A stretch of DNA of 64,000 nt from Candidatus Blautia merdigallinarum (GTDB lineage Bacteria; Bacillota; Clostridia; Lachnospirales; Lachnospiraceae). Within the stretch, counting starts at the first letter, position 1; each line of letters begins with the position of its first letter. The stretch is from the NCBI GenBank assembly GCA_019119535.1, contig DWWV01000023.1, forward strand, positions 4,655-68,654, read 5' to 3'. Under the pieces are notes generated by a model. It did not search any database and had not been told where the DNA came from. It saw only the letters and a program-made list of their open reading frames with translations. Position numbers and translations under genes: made by a program. This document shows, piece after piece, positions 1 through 8,850 of this stretch.

Positions 1-1272
1 ATTACTACAGTGGAACCGAAATTCATTCCAAAAGAAGCTGCGTCAATATCCCTGGGGGAAGACCTGGAGGCAAAAATACGCCTTATAGACTGCGTGGGCT
101 TTATGGTCCGGGATGCGGCGGGAAACATGGAGGAAGGAAAGGAGCGGATGGTAAAAACGCCCTGGTTTGGCTACGAGATTCCCTTTCACCAGGCAGCAGA
201 GACAGGAACCAGAAAGGTTATCGAAGAACATTCCAGTATTGGTCTTGTGATCACCTGCGACGGTTCTTTCGGGGAGATTCCAAGGGAAAATTACATAGAG
301 GGCGAAGAAAAAACAGTCCAGGAATTAAAAAAAACAGGTAAGCCTTTTCTGATCCTGGTAAATTCCCAGAAGCCTTACAAGGAAGAGACCCAGAATCTGG
401 TCCAGGAGCTGAAAAAAAAGTATCAGGCAGGGGTCATGAGCGTAAACTGCGAACAGCTGCGGAAAGAGGATATCACCAGGATACTGGAGAAGATCCTCTA
501 TGAATTTCCAATCGTACAGATGGAGTTTTATGTACCCAAATGGGTGGAAATGCTGCCGGCAGACCACTATCTGAAGGAAAACCTGCTGGATGGGATCCGG
601 GAGCTGATGAGCAAGATGAAATATGTAAAAGATGCAGCCCGGGAACATCTTCCTTTTACTTCGGAGTATGTAAAAAACATGACCCCGGAAAAAATTTCTC
701 TTTCCAACGGCAGGGTACAGGTCCGGGTGGATATGGATGAGAAATGGTATTATGAGATCCTCAGTGAGATGACGGGAGTGTCCATCTCTGACGAATATGA
801 GCTGATCCATACTATGCAGGAAATGGCCAGGATGAAGAAAGAATATGTGAAGGTTCAGGACGCCATTTCAGCAGTGCGGGGAAAGGGATATGGAGTTGTG
901 ACTCCTGATAAAGAAGAAATCAAGCTGGAGGAACCTGTGGTGATCAAACAGGGAAGTAAGTACGGGGTGAAGATCAAATCTGTTAGTCCTTCTATTCATA
1001 TGATCCGAGCGAATATTGAGACAGAGATCGCCCCTATTGTAGGAAGCGAGGAGCAGGCAAAGGATCTGATCGAGTATATTAAGACCTGTGATGAACGAAA
1101 GGAAAGCGTATGGCAGACTAATATATTTGGTAAATCCATTGGACAGCTGGTGGAAGACGGAATCCATACCAAGCTGGTACAGATCGGGGATGAAAGCCAG
1201 ATCAAGCTGCAGGACACTATGCAGAAGATTGTGAATGACAGCAAAGGCGGACTGGTCTGCATTATCATATAG
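1..1272 (+). CDS. spoIVA: Stage IV sporulation protein A (spore coat ATPase), 5' end outside the window
   Basis: Frame open from base 1 (ITTVEPKFIP). Motifs RLIDCVG, RMVKTPWF, HSSIGLVITCDGS, SIHMIRANIETEIAPIVGSEEQ and C-terminal GGLVCIII. Confidence 0.95.
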   Translation: MTTVEPKFIPKEAASISLGEDLEAKIRLIDCVGFMVRDAAGNMEEGKERMVKTPWFGYEIPFHQAAETGTRKVIEEHSSIGLVITCDGSFGEIPRENYIEGEEKTVQELKKTGKPFLILVNSQKPYKEETQNLVQELKKKYQAGVMSVNCEQLRKEDITRILEKILYEFPIVQMEFYVPKWVEMLPADHYLKENLLDGIRELMSKMKYVKDAAREHLPFTSEYVKNMTPEKISLSNGRVQVRVDMDEKWYYEILSEMTGVSISDEYELIHTMQEMARMKKEYVKVQDAISAVRGKGYGVVTPDKEEIKLEEPVVIKQGSKYGVKIKSVSPSIHMIRANIETEIAPIVGSEEQAKDLIEYIKTCDERKESVWQTNIFGKSIGQLVEDGIHTKLVQIGDESQIKLQDTMQKIVNDSKGGLVCIII

Positions 1273-1281
1273 AAATAAATG

Positions 1282-1322
1282 GCGGGTGTGCAAAAAGGGT
1301 TTTCTGTACACCCGCTTTTTTC
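1282..1322 (+). terminator. Intrinsic terminator after spoIVA
   Basis: GCGGGTGTGCA/TGTACACCCGC stem followed by a T run. Confidence 0.75.
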
Positions 1323-1372
1323 TGTGATAAACTGGGAGTACAGGAAAACAGCAGGGAGGGTGGATAAAAAAG

Positions 1373-2032
1373 ATGGAAAACAGAGAATCTAATTATGAGA
1401 AAGTATTCGGCCAATTCCGGGAATGGTTTGTACAGAGCCCTCAGGAGAGTATTTCTGAGAAAATAGGGGCAGAAATTGATCAGGAGAATCTGATCCTACC
1501 CTTTTTTGGCGAGCTATGCAGGATCCAAAGAGATACAGGAGAGATCACAGGGGAGGGAAAACGGGAGGTTCCGGTGACGGAAAGGCTGACGATCATGCAC
1601 CATCTGCGGTATTGCCAGAGATTTGCCAGAGAAGGGAACAAAATGGTGCCATTCAGAGAAATAAGAGAAGCGGCGGTGTTCGAGAGAGCCTATGAAAAAG
1701 CTGCCCTGGAACCTCTGAAAAAATACTTTTCCGGCCGTCCCCAGAGGCTGCTGGAGGCTGGCCTTGGCCTGGGTGGACAGCAGGAGAAATACGGAGATGT
1801 AAGTGTTACCATTCATGCGTTCCCTAAGATAAAGCTTACTTATATTTTCTGGGATGGGGACGATGAATTTCCGCCTTCTGCCAATATCTTATTTGAAGAT
1901 ACCATTGCCCAGTGGACCCATCCGGAAAGTGTACCTACGCTGGCCCAGATCGGAACAGAAAGACTGTTAACCCCTTTGTCTGCGGAAATAAATTGTGACC
2001 AACAGACAGGTGGGATTTCTGGTTTGCGTTGA
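1373..2032 (+). CDS. DUF3786 domain-containing protein
   Basis: 219 aa with RBS GGAGG. Motifs VPFREI, FPKIKLTYIFWDGDDEFPPSANILFEDTI. Confidence 0.75.
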   Translation: MENRESNYEKVFGQFREWFVQSPQESISEKIGAEIDQENLILPFFGELCRIQRDTGEITGEGKREVPVTERLTIMHHLRYCQRFAREGNKMVPFREIREAAVFERAYEKAALEPLKKYFSGRPQRLLEAGLGLGGQQEKYGDVSVTIHAFPKIKLTYIFWDGDDEFPPSANILFEDTIAQWTHPESVPTLAQIGTERLLTPLSAEINCDQQTGGISGLR

Positions 2033-2057
2033 CTTTTTGCACAGAAAATTATATAAT
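2029..2057 (+). promoter_or_regulatory. SigA-type promoter of the cob operon leader
   Basis: TTGACT (2029-2034), 17 bp, TATAAT (2052-2057). The -35 overlaps the DUF3786 stop codon. Confidence 0.75.
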
Positions 2058-2084
2058 AAACAAGGTCATTCGTGAAAAAATAAT

Positions 2085-2161
2085 CTGAAAATCTTAATGG
2101 AAGCAGGTGGAATTCCTGTGCAAGTCCGTTACTGTGAAAGCCAGATACATGAGATTTCCAG
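2085..2161 (+). promoter_or_regulatory. Compact (class II-like) cobalamin riboswitch aptamer
   Basis: TAATGGAA-GCAGG-TGGAATT-CCTGT-GCAAGTCCGTT-ACTGTGA-AAGCCAG-ATACATG, closed by CTGAAAATCT/AGATTTCCAG. Lies between the promoter and cbiD. Confidence 0.72.
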
Positions 2162-2240
2162 AAGGTGTGGAGGTTTTCTGCGGCAACCGGATACCTTCAT
2201 CAGTATAGTATAAATCTAGGGCTGCCTGCAGCTCTGAGAG

Positions 2241-2270
2241 AATCCGTTGTCATCTGACAGCGGATTTTTC
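2241..2270 (+). terminator. Attenuator hairpin in the cob leader
   Basis: AATCCGTTGTC-ATCT-GACAGCGGATT followed by TTCC, 60 nt upstream of cbiD. Confidence 0.6.
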
Positions 2271-2329
2271 ATTATATAAACCAGATATACCTGCAGTATA
2301 CTGCAGATTTAGGGAAACAGAGGCAGAAT

Positions 2330-3499
2330 ATGGAGCATAAAACAGGATTAGAAGGATATTACAGTATAAAAAACAATAAAAAAATGAGGTACGGCTATAC
2401 CACCGGTTCCTGTGCTGCAGCAGCAGCCAAAGGAGCAGTGGAGATTCTTCTGGAAAACAAAAAGATACAGCAGGTAGAACTGATGACGCCAAAGGGAATC
2501 CTTCTGAACCTGGAACTTCTTCATATCAGTCAGGGCAATGGATGGGCTTCCTGCGCTGTAAAAAAAGACGGAGGAGATGACCCGGATGCCACAAACGGCC
2601 TGGAAATTTATGTAAAAGCCCAAAAGACAGGGATTCCCGGAATCCGTCTGGAAGGGGGAGAAGGGGTCGGAAGAGTGACAAAAAAGGGGCTGGAACAGCC
2701 AGTGGGAAGTCCGGCTATCAACAAGGTGCCCCGGTCTATGATCTTAAAGGAAGCAGAAGAAATCTGTTCCCGGGCAGATTATGAAGGCGGGCTTCTTCTT
2801 ACAGTCAGCGTTCCCGGAGGAGCTGAAGTAGGGGCCAGAACTTTTAATCCCCGGCTGGGGATCCAGGGAGGCATTTCTATACTGGGTACTTCCGGGATTG
2901 TGGAGCCTATGAGTGAGGCGGCACTGATCAAAAGCATTGAGATCGAAATGCGCCAGAAGGTGGAGAATGGAGCAGAGTATCTTCTGATCACTCCGGGAAA
3001 CTACGGGGCTGCCTATTTAAAAGAACATATGGAACTGCCTTTTGAGGAGAGCATGAAATGCAGCAACTACATAGGGGAAACCCTGGATATGGCCTTGGAC
3101 ATGGGGGTAAAGGGAATCCTTTTTGTGTCTCATATCGGAAAGTTTGTAAAGGTGGCAGGAGGCATTATGAACACTCATTCCAGGTGTGCTGACAGCCGGG
3201 CAGAACTGCTGGCGGCCAATGCCATACGGGCGGGAATCTCCATGGATGGAGCAAAAGAAATACTGGATACCATTACCACAGATGAAGCTCTGTCTGTGAT
3301 CATCCGGGAAGATCTGTTGAATCCGCTGATGAAGGAACTGACCGGCAGGATCCTGTATTATCTCAATCACAGGACTTACGATAGGATGCTCCTGGGAGCT
3401 GTGATTTTTTCCAATGAATACGGCTATCTGGGAGAAACAGAAAATACAAGGGAATTGATCCGGCTTATAAAAGAACAGTATAAAAAGCCGTCAATGTAG
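2330..3499 (+). CDS. cbiD: Cobalt-precorrin-5B C1-methyltransferase
   Basis: GYTTGSCAAAAA, KDGGDDPDATNG, GVGRVTKKGL, TFNPRLGIQGGISILGTSGIV. Confidence 0.96.
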   Translation: MEHKTGLEGYYSIKNNKKMRYGYTTGSCAAAAAKGAVEILLENKKIQQVELMTPKGILLNLELLHISQGNGWASCAVKKDGGDDPDATNGLEIYVKAQKTGIPGIRLEGGEGVGRVTKKGLEQPVGSPAINKVPRSMILKEAEEICSRADYEGGLLLTVSVPGGAEVGARTFNPRLGIQGGISILGTSGIVEPMSEAALIKSIEIEMRQKVENGAEYLLITPGNYGAAYLKEHMELPFEESMKCSNYIGETLDMALDMGVKGILFVSHIGKFVKVAGGIMNTHSRCADSRAELLAANAIRAGISMDGAKEILDTITTDEALSVIIREDLLNPLMKELTGRILYYLNHRTYDRMLLGAVIFSNEYGYLGETENTRELIRLIKEQYKKPSM

Positions 3500-3527
3500 A
3501 ATCAGACATAAGTAAAGGAGAAAATAT

Positions 3528-4229
3528 ATGAGTGGAAAGTTATATGGAGTGGGAGTGGGACCTGGGGATCCGGAGCTCCTTACTTTAAAGGCGCTGAGAC
3601 TGATAAAGGAAAACCAGGCCATTGCAGTACCAGGTAATGATATTTACACCAGCGTCGCCTATAAGATTGTAAAAGGAGCCTATGAGGGGCTGGATGAGAA
3701 AACTCTTTTTCCGGTGGCAATGCCTATGACAAAGGATCCGGTTGTACTTCAGGCCAACCATGAGAAAGCCGCAGATGATGTGGAAAAATATTTAAAAGAA
3801 GGTCAGAACGTGGTTTTTCTTACCCTGGGAGATCCTACGGTTTATTCCACTTATCTTTATGTACATAAAAGGATCCTGGAGAGAGGTTATGAGGCGGAAA
3901 TCGTCAGCGGTATTACCTCTTTTTGTGCTGTAGCAGCCAGACTAAATATGGGGCTGGTGGAAATGGCGGAACCCCTCCATGTGATTCCGGCCACTTATAA
4001 GGCCCAGGAAATGGACCAGATCCTGGAACTGCCGGGAACCAAGGTTTTGATGAAAACAGGGAAGAAAATGCAGCAGGTAAGAGAGAGCATTTTAAACAGC
4101 GGACAGGATGCAGTGATGATCGAAAACTGTGGAATGGAAGATGAAAAAATATATCGGTCAGCAGAGGAAATTCCGGAGGCTTCCGGTTATTACTCACTGA
4201 TCATTGTTAAAGAAAACCAGCAGAAATGA
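3528..4229 (+). CDS. cbiL: Cobalt-precorrin-2 C20-methyltransferase (CobI family)
   Basis: LYGVGVGPGDPELLTLKA, FLTLGDPTVYST; operon position. Confidence 0.92.
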   Translation: MSGKLYGVGVGPGDPELLTLKALRLIKENQAIAVPGNDIYTSVAYKIVKGAYEGLDEKTLFPVAMPMTKDPVVLQANHEKAADDVEKYLKEGQNVVFLTLGDPTVYSTYLYVHKRILERGYEAEIVSGITSFCAVAARLNMGLVEMAEPLHVIPATYKAQEMDQILELPGTKVLMKTGKKMQQVRESILNSGQDAVMIENCGMEDEKIYRSAEEIPEASGYYSLIIVKENQQK

Positions 4230-4239
4230 GGAAAGAAAA

Positions 4240-5004
4240 ATGGTACATTTTGTAGGAGCAGGAAGCGGAGCAGCAGATCTGATCACCCTCCGCGGAAAGA
4301 ACTTGTTAGAAAAGGCAGATGTGATCATCTATGCGGGCTCTCTGGTAAATCCCCAGCTTTTGGAGTATGCCAGGGAAGACTGTAAGATTTTCAACAGCGC
4401 TAAAATGACACTGGAAGAAGTCCTGGAGGTGATTTTCCAGGCAGAAGAAGAAGGGAAAACAACAGTCCGCCTTCATACAGGAGATCCATGCCTTTACGGT
4501 GCTATTCGGGAACAGATGGACGTGCTGGATGAGAAGGGGATTGCCTACGACTACTGCCCGGGGGTAAGCTCTTTTTCCGGGGCAGCAGCAGCTTTGAACC
4601 TGGAATATACCCTTCCAAATGTTTCCCAGAGCGTGGTCATTACCCGTATGGCAGGAAGGACTCCAGTGCCGGAAAAGGAAAGCATCCAATCCTTTGCAGC
4701 TCACCAGGCAACCATGGTAGTGTTTTTAAGTACAGGCATGCTGGAGGAGCTGTCTAAACGTCTCATTGAAGGAGGCTATAAACCGGACACACCGGCAGCG
4801 ATTGTCTATAAGGCTACCTGGGAGGATGAAAAAAAGTTTGTATGTACCGTGGCGACTCTGGCCCAGACAGCAAAAGAAAACAACATTACGAAAACGGCCT
4901 TGATGATCATCGGGGATGTGGTTTCCCATAATTCCTATGACCGCTCCCTGCTGTATCATCCGGAATTTACTACAGAATTCAGAAAAGGTACAGGACCTCA
5001 GTGA
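4240..5004 (+). CDS. cbiF: Cobalt-precorrin-4 C11-methyltransferase (CobM family)
   Basis: VHFVGAGSG, IYAGSLVN, RLHTGDPCLYGAIREQ. ATG 4240 preferred to the upstream TTG. Confidence 0.94.
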   Translation: MVHFVGAGSGAADLITLRGKNLLEKADVIIYAGSLVNPQLLEYAREDCKIFNSAKMTLEEVLEVIFQAEEEGKTTVRLHTGDPCLYGAIREQMDVLDEKGIAYDYCPGVSSFSGAAAALNLEYTLPNVSQSVVITRMAGRTPVPEKESIQSFAAHQATMVVFLSTGMLEELSKRLIEGGYKPDTPAAIVYKATWEDEKKFVCTVATLAQTAKENNITKTALMIIGDVVSHNSYDRSLLYHPEFTTEFRKGTGPQ

Positions 5005-5033
5005 TATGAGGAAGAAGATAAGAGGTGAAGGAA

Positions 5034-6149
5034 ATGAAAATAGCGATCATAAGCTTCAGCCGGGCAGGCTATCGTCTCAGCGAAATGCTCTATTGGGTAT
5101 TGAAGGAGCGGAACTATGAAGTCAGTTCCTATGCAAAAAGCAAGTATACCAAAAAAGTTCTGGACGAATCCCAGCTGGATGAAGATTCCAGAGATTTTCG
5201 AAATGTAAAGGATTTTGCAAAGCCTGTAGACGAGTCCATCAGAGAATGGACCAAGCAGAGATTTGCAGACTGTGACGCCATAATTTTTATCGGAGCCTGC
5301 GGTATTGCGGTGCGGAGCATTGCTCCTTTTGTAAAAAGCAAAAAGGTAGACCCGGCGGTAGTGGTAATAGATGAACAGGGAAAATTTGTCATTTCCCTTC
5401 TGTCCGGACATATCGGAGGGGCCAATGAACTGACTCAGGAAGTGGCGGAAATCGTCCATGGACAGCCAGTGGTGACTACAGCTACAGACCTGAACAATAA
5501 ATTTGCAGTGGATGTTTTTGCAAAGAAAAACAGCTGTTTTATTTCTGATATGACTCTGGCCAAAGAGGTTTCAGCAGCTCTTCTGGCAGAAAAAGAAGTT
5601 GGTTTTGCCAGTGATTTTCCATGGTTTGGGGAGATTCCTGAGGAATTGAAGCTTCTGGAAGAGGGAAAAGAAAAACCAGAGCTGGGAATCTATGTGACCA
5701 ACGGCTATATGGAGCATCCTTTTGTACACACCTTGTACCTGATCCCCAGAGTGATCACTACAGGAGTAGGATGCAAAAAAGAAACTCCGAAAGAAATCGT
5801 GGAAAAAGTAATCCGGAGAGCCTGTGATGAGCTGCTGATCCCTTCCGTAGCCATGGAACAGGTAGCCAGTATTGACCTGAAAAAAGACGAGGAAGGGATT
5901 CTGGAATACTGTCAGGAAAGAAACCTGCCCTTTGTCACTTACAGCAGGGAAGAACTGGAGGAAGTAGAGGGAACTTATGCTTCTTCTTCCTTTGTAAAGG
6001 ACGTTACAGGAGTCGATAATGTATGTGAAAGAGCTGCTCTTCTGGGAAGCAGCAAAGAAGGAAAAGGACGGCTGATACTTAGAAAATTTGCCCAGGACGG
6101 TGTGACCGTAGCTCTGGCTATGAAGAAATGGAGTGTGAACTTTGAATAA
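5034..6149 (+). CDS. cbiG: Cobalt-precorrin-5A hydrolase
   Basis: FIGACGIAVRSIAP, DPAVVVIDE, LLSGHIGGAN, PVVTTATD, GVGCKK, VCERAA. ATG 5034 follows GAGGTG. Confidence 0.93.
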   Translation: MKIAIISFSRAGYRLSEMLYWVLKERNYEVSSYAKSKYTKKVLDESQLDEDSRDFRNVKDFAKPVDESIREWTKQRFADCDAIIFIGACGIAVRSIAPFVKSKKVDPAVVVIDEQGKFVISLLSGHIGGANELTQEVAEIVHGQPVVTTATDLNNKFAVDVFAKKNSCFISDMTLAKEVSAALLAEKEVGFASDFPWFGEIPEELKLLEEGKEKPELGIYVTNGYMEHPFVHTLYLIPRVITTGVGCKKETPKEIVEKVIRRACDELLIPSVAMEQVASIDLKKDEEGILEYCQERNLPFVTYSREELEEVEGTYASSSFVKDVTGVDNVCERAALLGSSKEGKGRLILRKFAQDGVTVALAMKKWSVNFE

Positions 6150-6873
6150 ATTATATGTAGTTGGGATCGGGCCGGGAGCCTATGAGAAGATGACCATTGA
6201 GGCGGCCCAGGCTCTGAAAAACAGCGATGTGATCATTGGATATACAGTGTATGTGGACCTGGTAAGAGACCATTTTCCAGGTAAAGAATTTATGACCACA
6301 CCTATGAAAAAAGAGGTGGAGCGCTGTGAAATGGCCTTTGAGGAGGCGGTAAAAGGAAAGACTGTTTCCATGATCTGCAGCGGCGATGCAGGGGTTTACG
6401 GCATGGCCGGCCTGATGTATGAGGTGGGAGTAAAATATCCCCAGGTAGAGCTGGAGATCATCCCGGGAGTAACTGCAGCTACAGGAGGCGCCGCAGTGCT
6501 GGGAGCGCCCCTGATCCATGATTTCTGTCTGATCAGCCTCAGCGATCTGCTGACTCCCTGGGAGAAGATCGAGACCAGACTGTTAGAAGCTTCTAAAGCA
6601 GATTTTGTCATTTGTCTCTATAATCCTTCCAGTAAGAAACGCCACGATTATCTGGAAAAAGCCTGCAATCTGATGATGGAATATAAGTCTCCGGATACAG
6701 TCTGCGGCATTGTGGGGAATATCGGAAGAGAGGGAGAGTCCATGAAGGTTCTTTCTCTGGAAGAGTTAAAAAATACAAAGGTAGATATGTTTACCACAGT
6801 CTTTGTAGGAAATTCCCAGACAAAAAATGTGGGAGGAAAAATGGTAACTCCCAGAGGGTATAAGAATGTGTAA
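6142..6873 (+). CDS. cbiH: Cobalt-precorrin-3B C17-methyltransferase (CobJ family)
   Basis: LYVVGIGPG, SGDAGVYGMAG, DFCLISLSDLLTPW, MVTPRGY. TTG start overlapping the cbiG end. Confidence 0.93.
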   Translation: MNKLYVVGIGPGAYEKMTIEAAQALKNSDVIIGYTVYVDLVRDHFPGKEFMTTPMKKEVERCEMAFEEAVKGKTVSMICSGDAGVYGMAGLMYEVGVKYPQVELEIIPGVTAATGGAAVLGAPLIHDFCLISLSDLLTPWEKIETRLLEASKADFVICLYNPSSKKRHDYLEKACNLMMEYKSPDTVCGIVGNIGREGESMKVLSLEELKNTKVDMFTTVFVGNSQTKNVGGKMVTPRGYKNV

Positions 6874-8848
6874 AGTGATTGTTTTTGCCGGCACCACAGA
6901 AGGCAGAAAAATTGCAGAATTTCTGGACCGCCGTAGAATACCGGGTTATGTCTGTGTGGCTACGGAGTATGGGGAACAGCTTCTGCCGGAGAGCGGAGTG
7001 CTGGAGATATCCCACCAGCGCCTGGATGTGGAAGAGATGAAAGTTCTTTTTCAGCAGAAAAAACCGGATATGGTGCTGGATGCTACTCACCCCTATGCGG
7101 CCCAGGTCACAGAAAACATAAAAAAAGCCTGTGAGGAAACCGGCAGGGAATATATCCGTATTCTCCGGGAAAATCAGAAGACAGAAGGGGACAGCGGCTG
7201 GATTTTTGCAGACAGCGTAGAGGAGGCTGTAGAGATTCTTTCTCATACAGAAGGGAACATTCTGGCTACCACAGGAAGTAAAGAGGCTGCCAAGTATACC
7301 AGGCTTCCAGACTATCAGGAGAGGGTCTTTCTGAGAGTCCTGTCTCTGCCAAAGGTAGCCCTTCAGTGCGGAGAACTGGGATTTCAGGGAAAAAATCTGA
7401 TCTGTATGCAGGGGCCTTTTTCCAGGGAACTGAACGCTGCCATGATCCGTCAGCTGGACTGTAAATATCTGGTAACAAAGATGTCAGGAGACGTGGGAGG
7501 ATTTCAGGATAAGATCGACGCAGCCAGGGAATGCGGCTGTATCCCGGTAGTCATTGGAAGACCTCTTAAGGAAGAGGGAATCTCTGTAAGACAGTGCCGG
7601 CAGCTTTTGTGCAGGAGATATGGTCTGAAAGCTCAGGGAGAGATTGCTCTGGTAGGAATCGGCATGGGCAGCAGGGAAGGACTTACCGTGGAAGCCCAAA
7701 AGGCAATTAGCGGGGCTCAGCTCCTTATCGGCGCCAGAAGGATGACCGATTCCTGCAAAAATCCCGGGCAGGACTGTTTTATCGAATATGACAGCCAAAA
7801 GATTGCTGCATATATAGAAGAACATCCAGAGTATGACAGGATTGCGGTTTTACTTTCCGGAGATGTAGGCTTCTACAGTGGGGCCAGAAAGCTTCTTGAG
7901 GCTCTTAAGGGGAAAAATGTCCGGATCATCTGCGGCATTTCTTCCGTGGTATATTTTATGAGCCGTATCGGAAAATCCTGGGACGACGCCCTGATCACCA
8001 GTGCCCACGGAAGAGCGGCGAATCTGGTCTCTCTGATCCGCCATAACCGAAAGGTTTTTGCAATCCTGGGAACCAGGGAAGGAATCTCTGATCTGGCCAG
8101 AAAACTTCTGGAATATGATATGAAAAATGTAACCCTGTATACAGGAGAATGTCTTTCTTATCCTGAGGAAAAGATTCAAAAGGGCAAGCCAGAGGACTTT
8201 ACGAACTATGAAGGAGATCCTTTAAGTGTGGTCTGTGCAGAAAATGAAGAATGTCAGGAGCTTTTGTCGGTTCATGGAATTTCGGATGGGGAATTTATCC
8301 GTGACAAGGTGCCGATGACAAAAGAAGAAGTCCGTACAGTCTCCCTTGCCAAGCTGAGACTTCGGCCAGATTCTGTCTGCTATGACGTGGGAGCAGGAAC
8401 CGGTTCGGTATCTGTGGAGATGGCGCTGCGGACTCCTTACGGAAAAGTCTTCGCCATTGAGAAAAAGGAACCGGCAGTGGAGCTTTTAAAGAAAAACAAA
8501 AAGAAGTTTGCTGTAGATAATCTCAGGGTGATCCAGGGAACAGCGCCGGAGGCACTAGAAGACATTCCGGCACCTGACCAGGCTTTTATCGGCGGTTCTT
8601 CTGGAAATATGAAGGAAATCCTGGAACTGCTCCTGGAGAAAAATCCCCAGGTGAGGATTGTGATCAACTGCATTGCACTGGAGACTGTGGCGGAAAGTCT
8701 CCGCTGTATAAAAGAACTTCCGGTGACGGACACAGAAATTGTCCAGCTCAGTGTGAGCAAGTCCAAAGAAATCGGCTCTTATCACATGATGATGGGGGTA
8801 AATCCCATATATATTATATCCTGTACAGGACGAGGAAAGGGGAGCTGA
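6866..8848 (+). CDS. cbiJET: Fused precorrin-6A reductase (CbiJ) + precorrin-6B C5,15-methyltransferase (CbiE-CbiT)
   Basis: N-term FAGTTEG, DATHPYA, LICMQGPFS (CbiJ); middle VGIGMG, LLSGDVGFYS (CbiE); C-term PMTKEEVR, YDVGAGTGSVS, AFIGGS (CbiT). Confidence 0.9.
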   Translation: MCKVIVFAGTTEGRKIAEFLDRRRIPGYVCVATEYGEQLLPESGVLEISHQRLDVEEMKVLFQQKKPDMVLDATHPYAAQVTENIKKACEETGREYIRILRENQKTEGDSGWIFADSVEEAVEILSHTEGNILATTGSKEAAKYTRLPDYQERVFLRVLSLPKVALQCGELGFQGKNLICMQGPFSRELNAAMIRQLDCKYLVTKMSGDVGGFQDKIDAARECGCIPVVIGRPLKEEGISVRQCRQLLCRRYGLKAQGEIALVGIGMGSREGLTVEAQKAISGAQLLIGARRMTDSCKNPGQDCFIEYDSQKIAAYIEEHPEYDRIAVLLSGDVGFYSGARKLLEALKGKNVRIICGISSVVYFMSRIGKSWDDALITSAHGRAANLVSLIRHNRKVFAILGTREGISDLARKLLEYDMKNVTLYTGECLSYPEEKIQKGKPEDFTNYEGDPLSVVCAENEECQELLSVHGISDGEFIRDKVPMTKEEVRTVSLAKLRLRPDSVCYDVGAGTGSVSVEMALRTPYGKVFAIEKKEPAVELLKKNKKKFAVDNLRVIQGTAPEALEDIPAPDQAFIGGSSGNMKEILELLLEKNPQVRIVINCIALETVAESLRCIKELPVTDTEIVQLSVSKSKEIGSYHMMMGVNPIYIISCTGRGKGS

Positions 8849-8850
8849 CC

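Noticed and set aside
412-419. Homopolymeric A runs as phase-variation sites (here and e.g. near 37200)
   Set aside because: The frames are intact and the runs encode ordinary Lys-rich segments.
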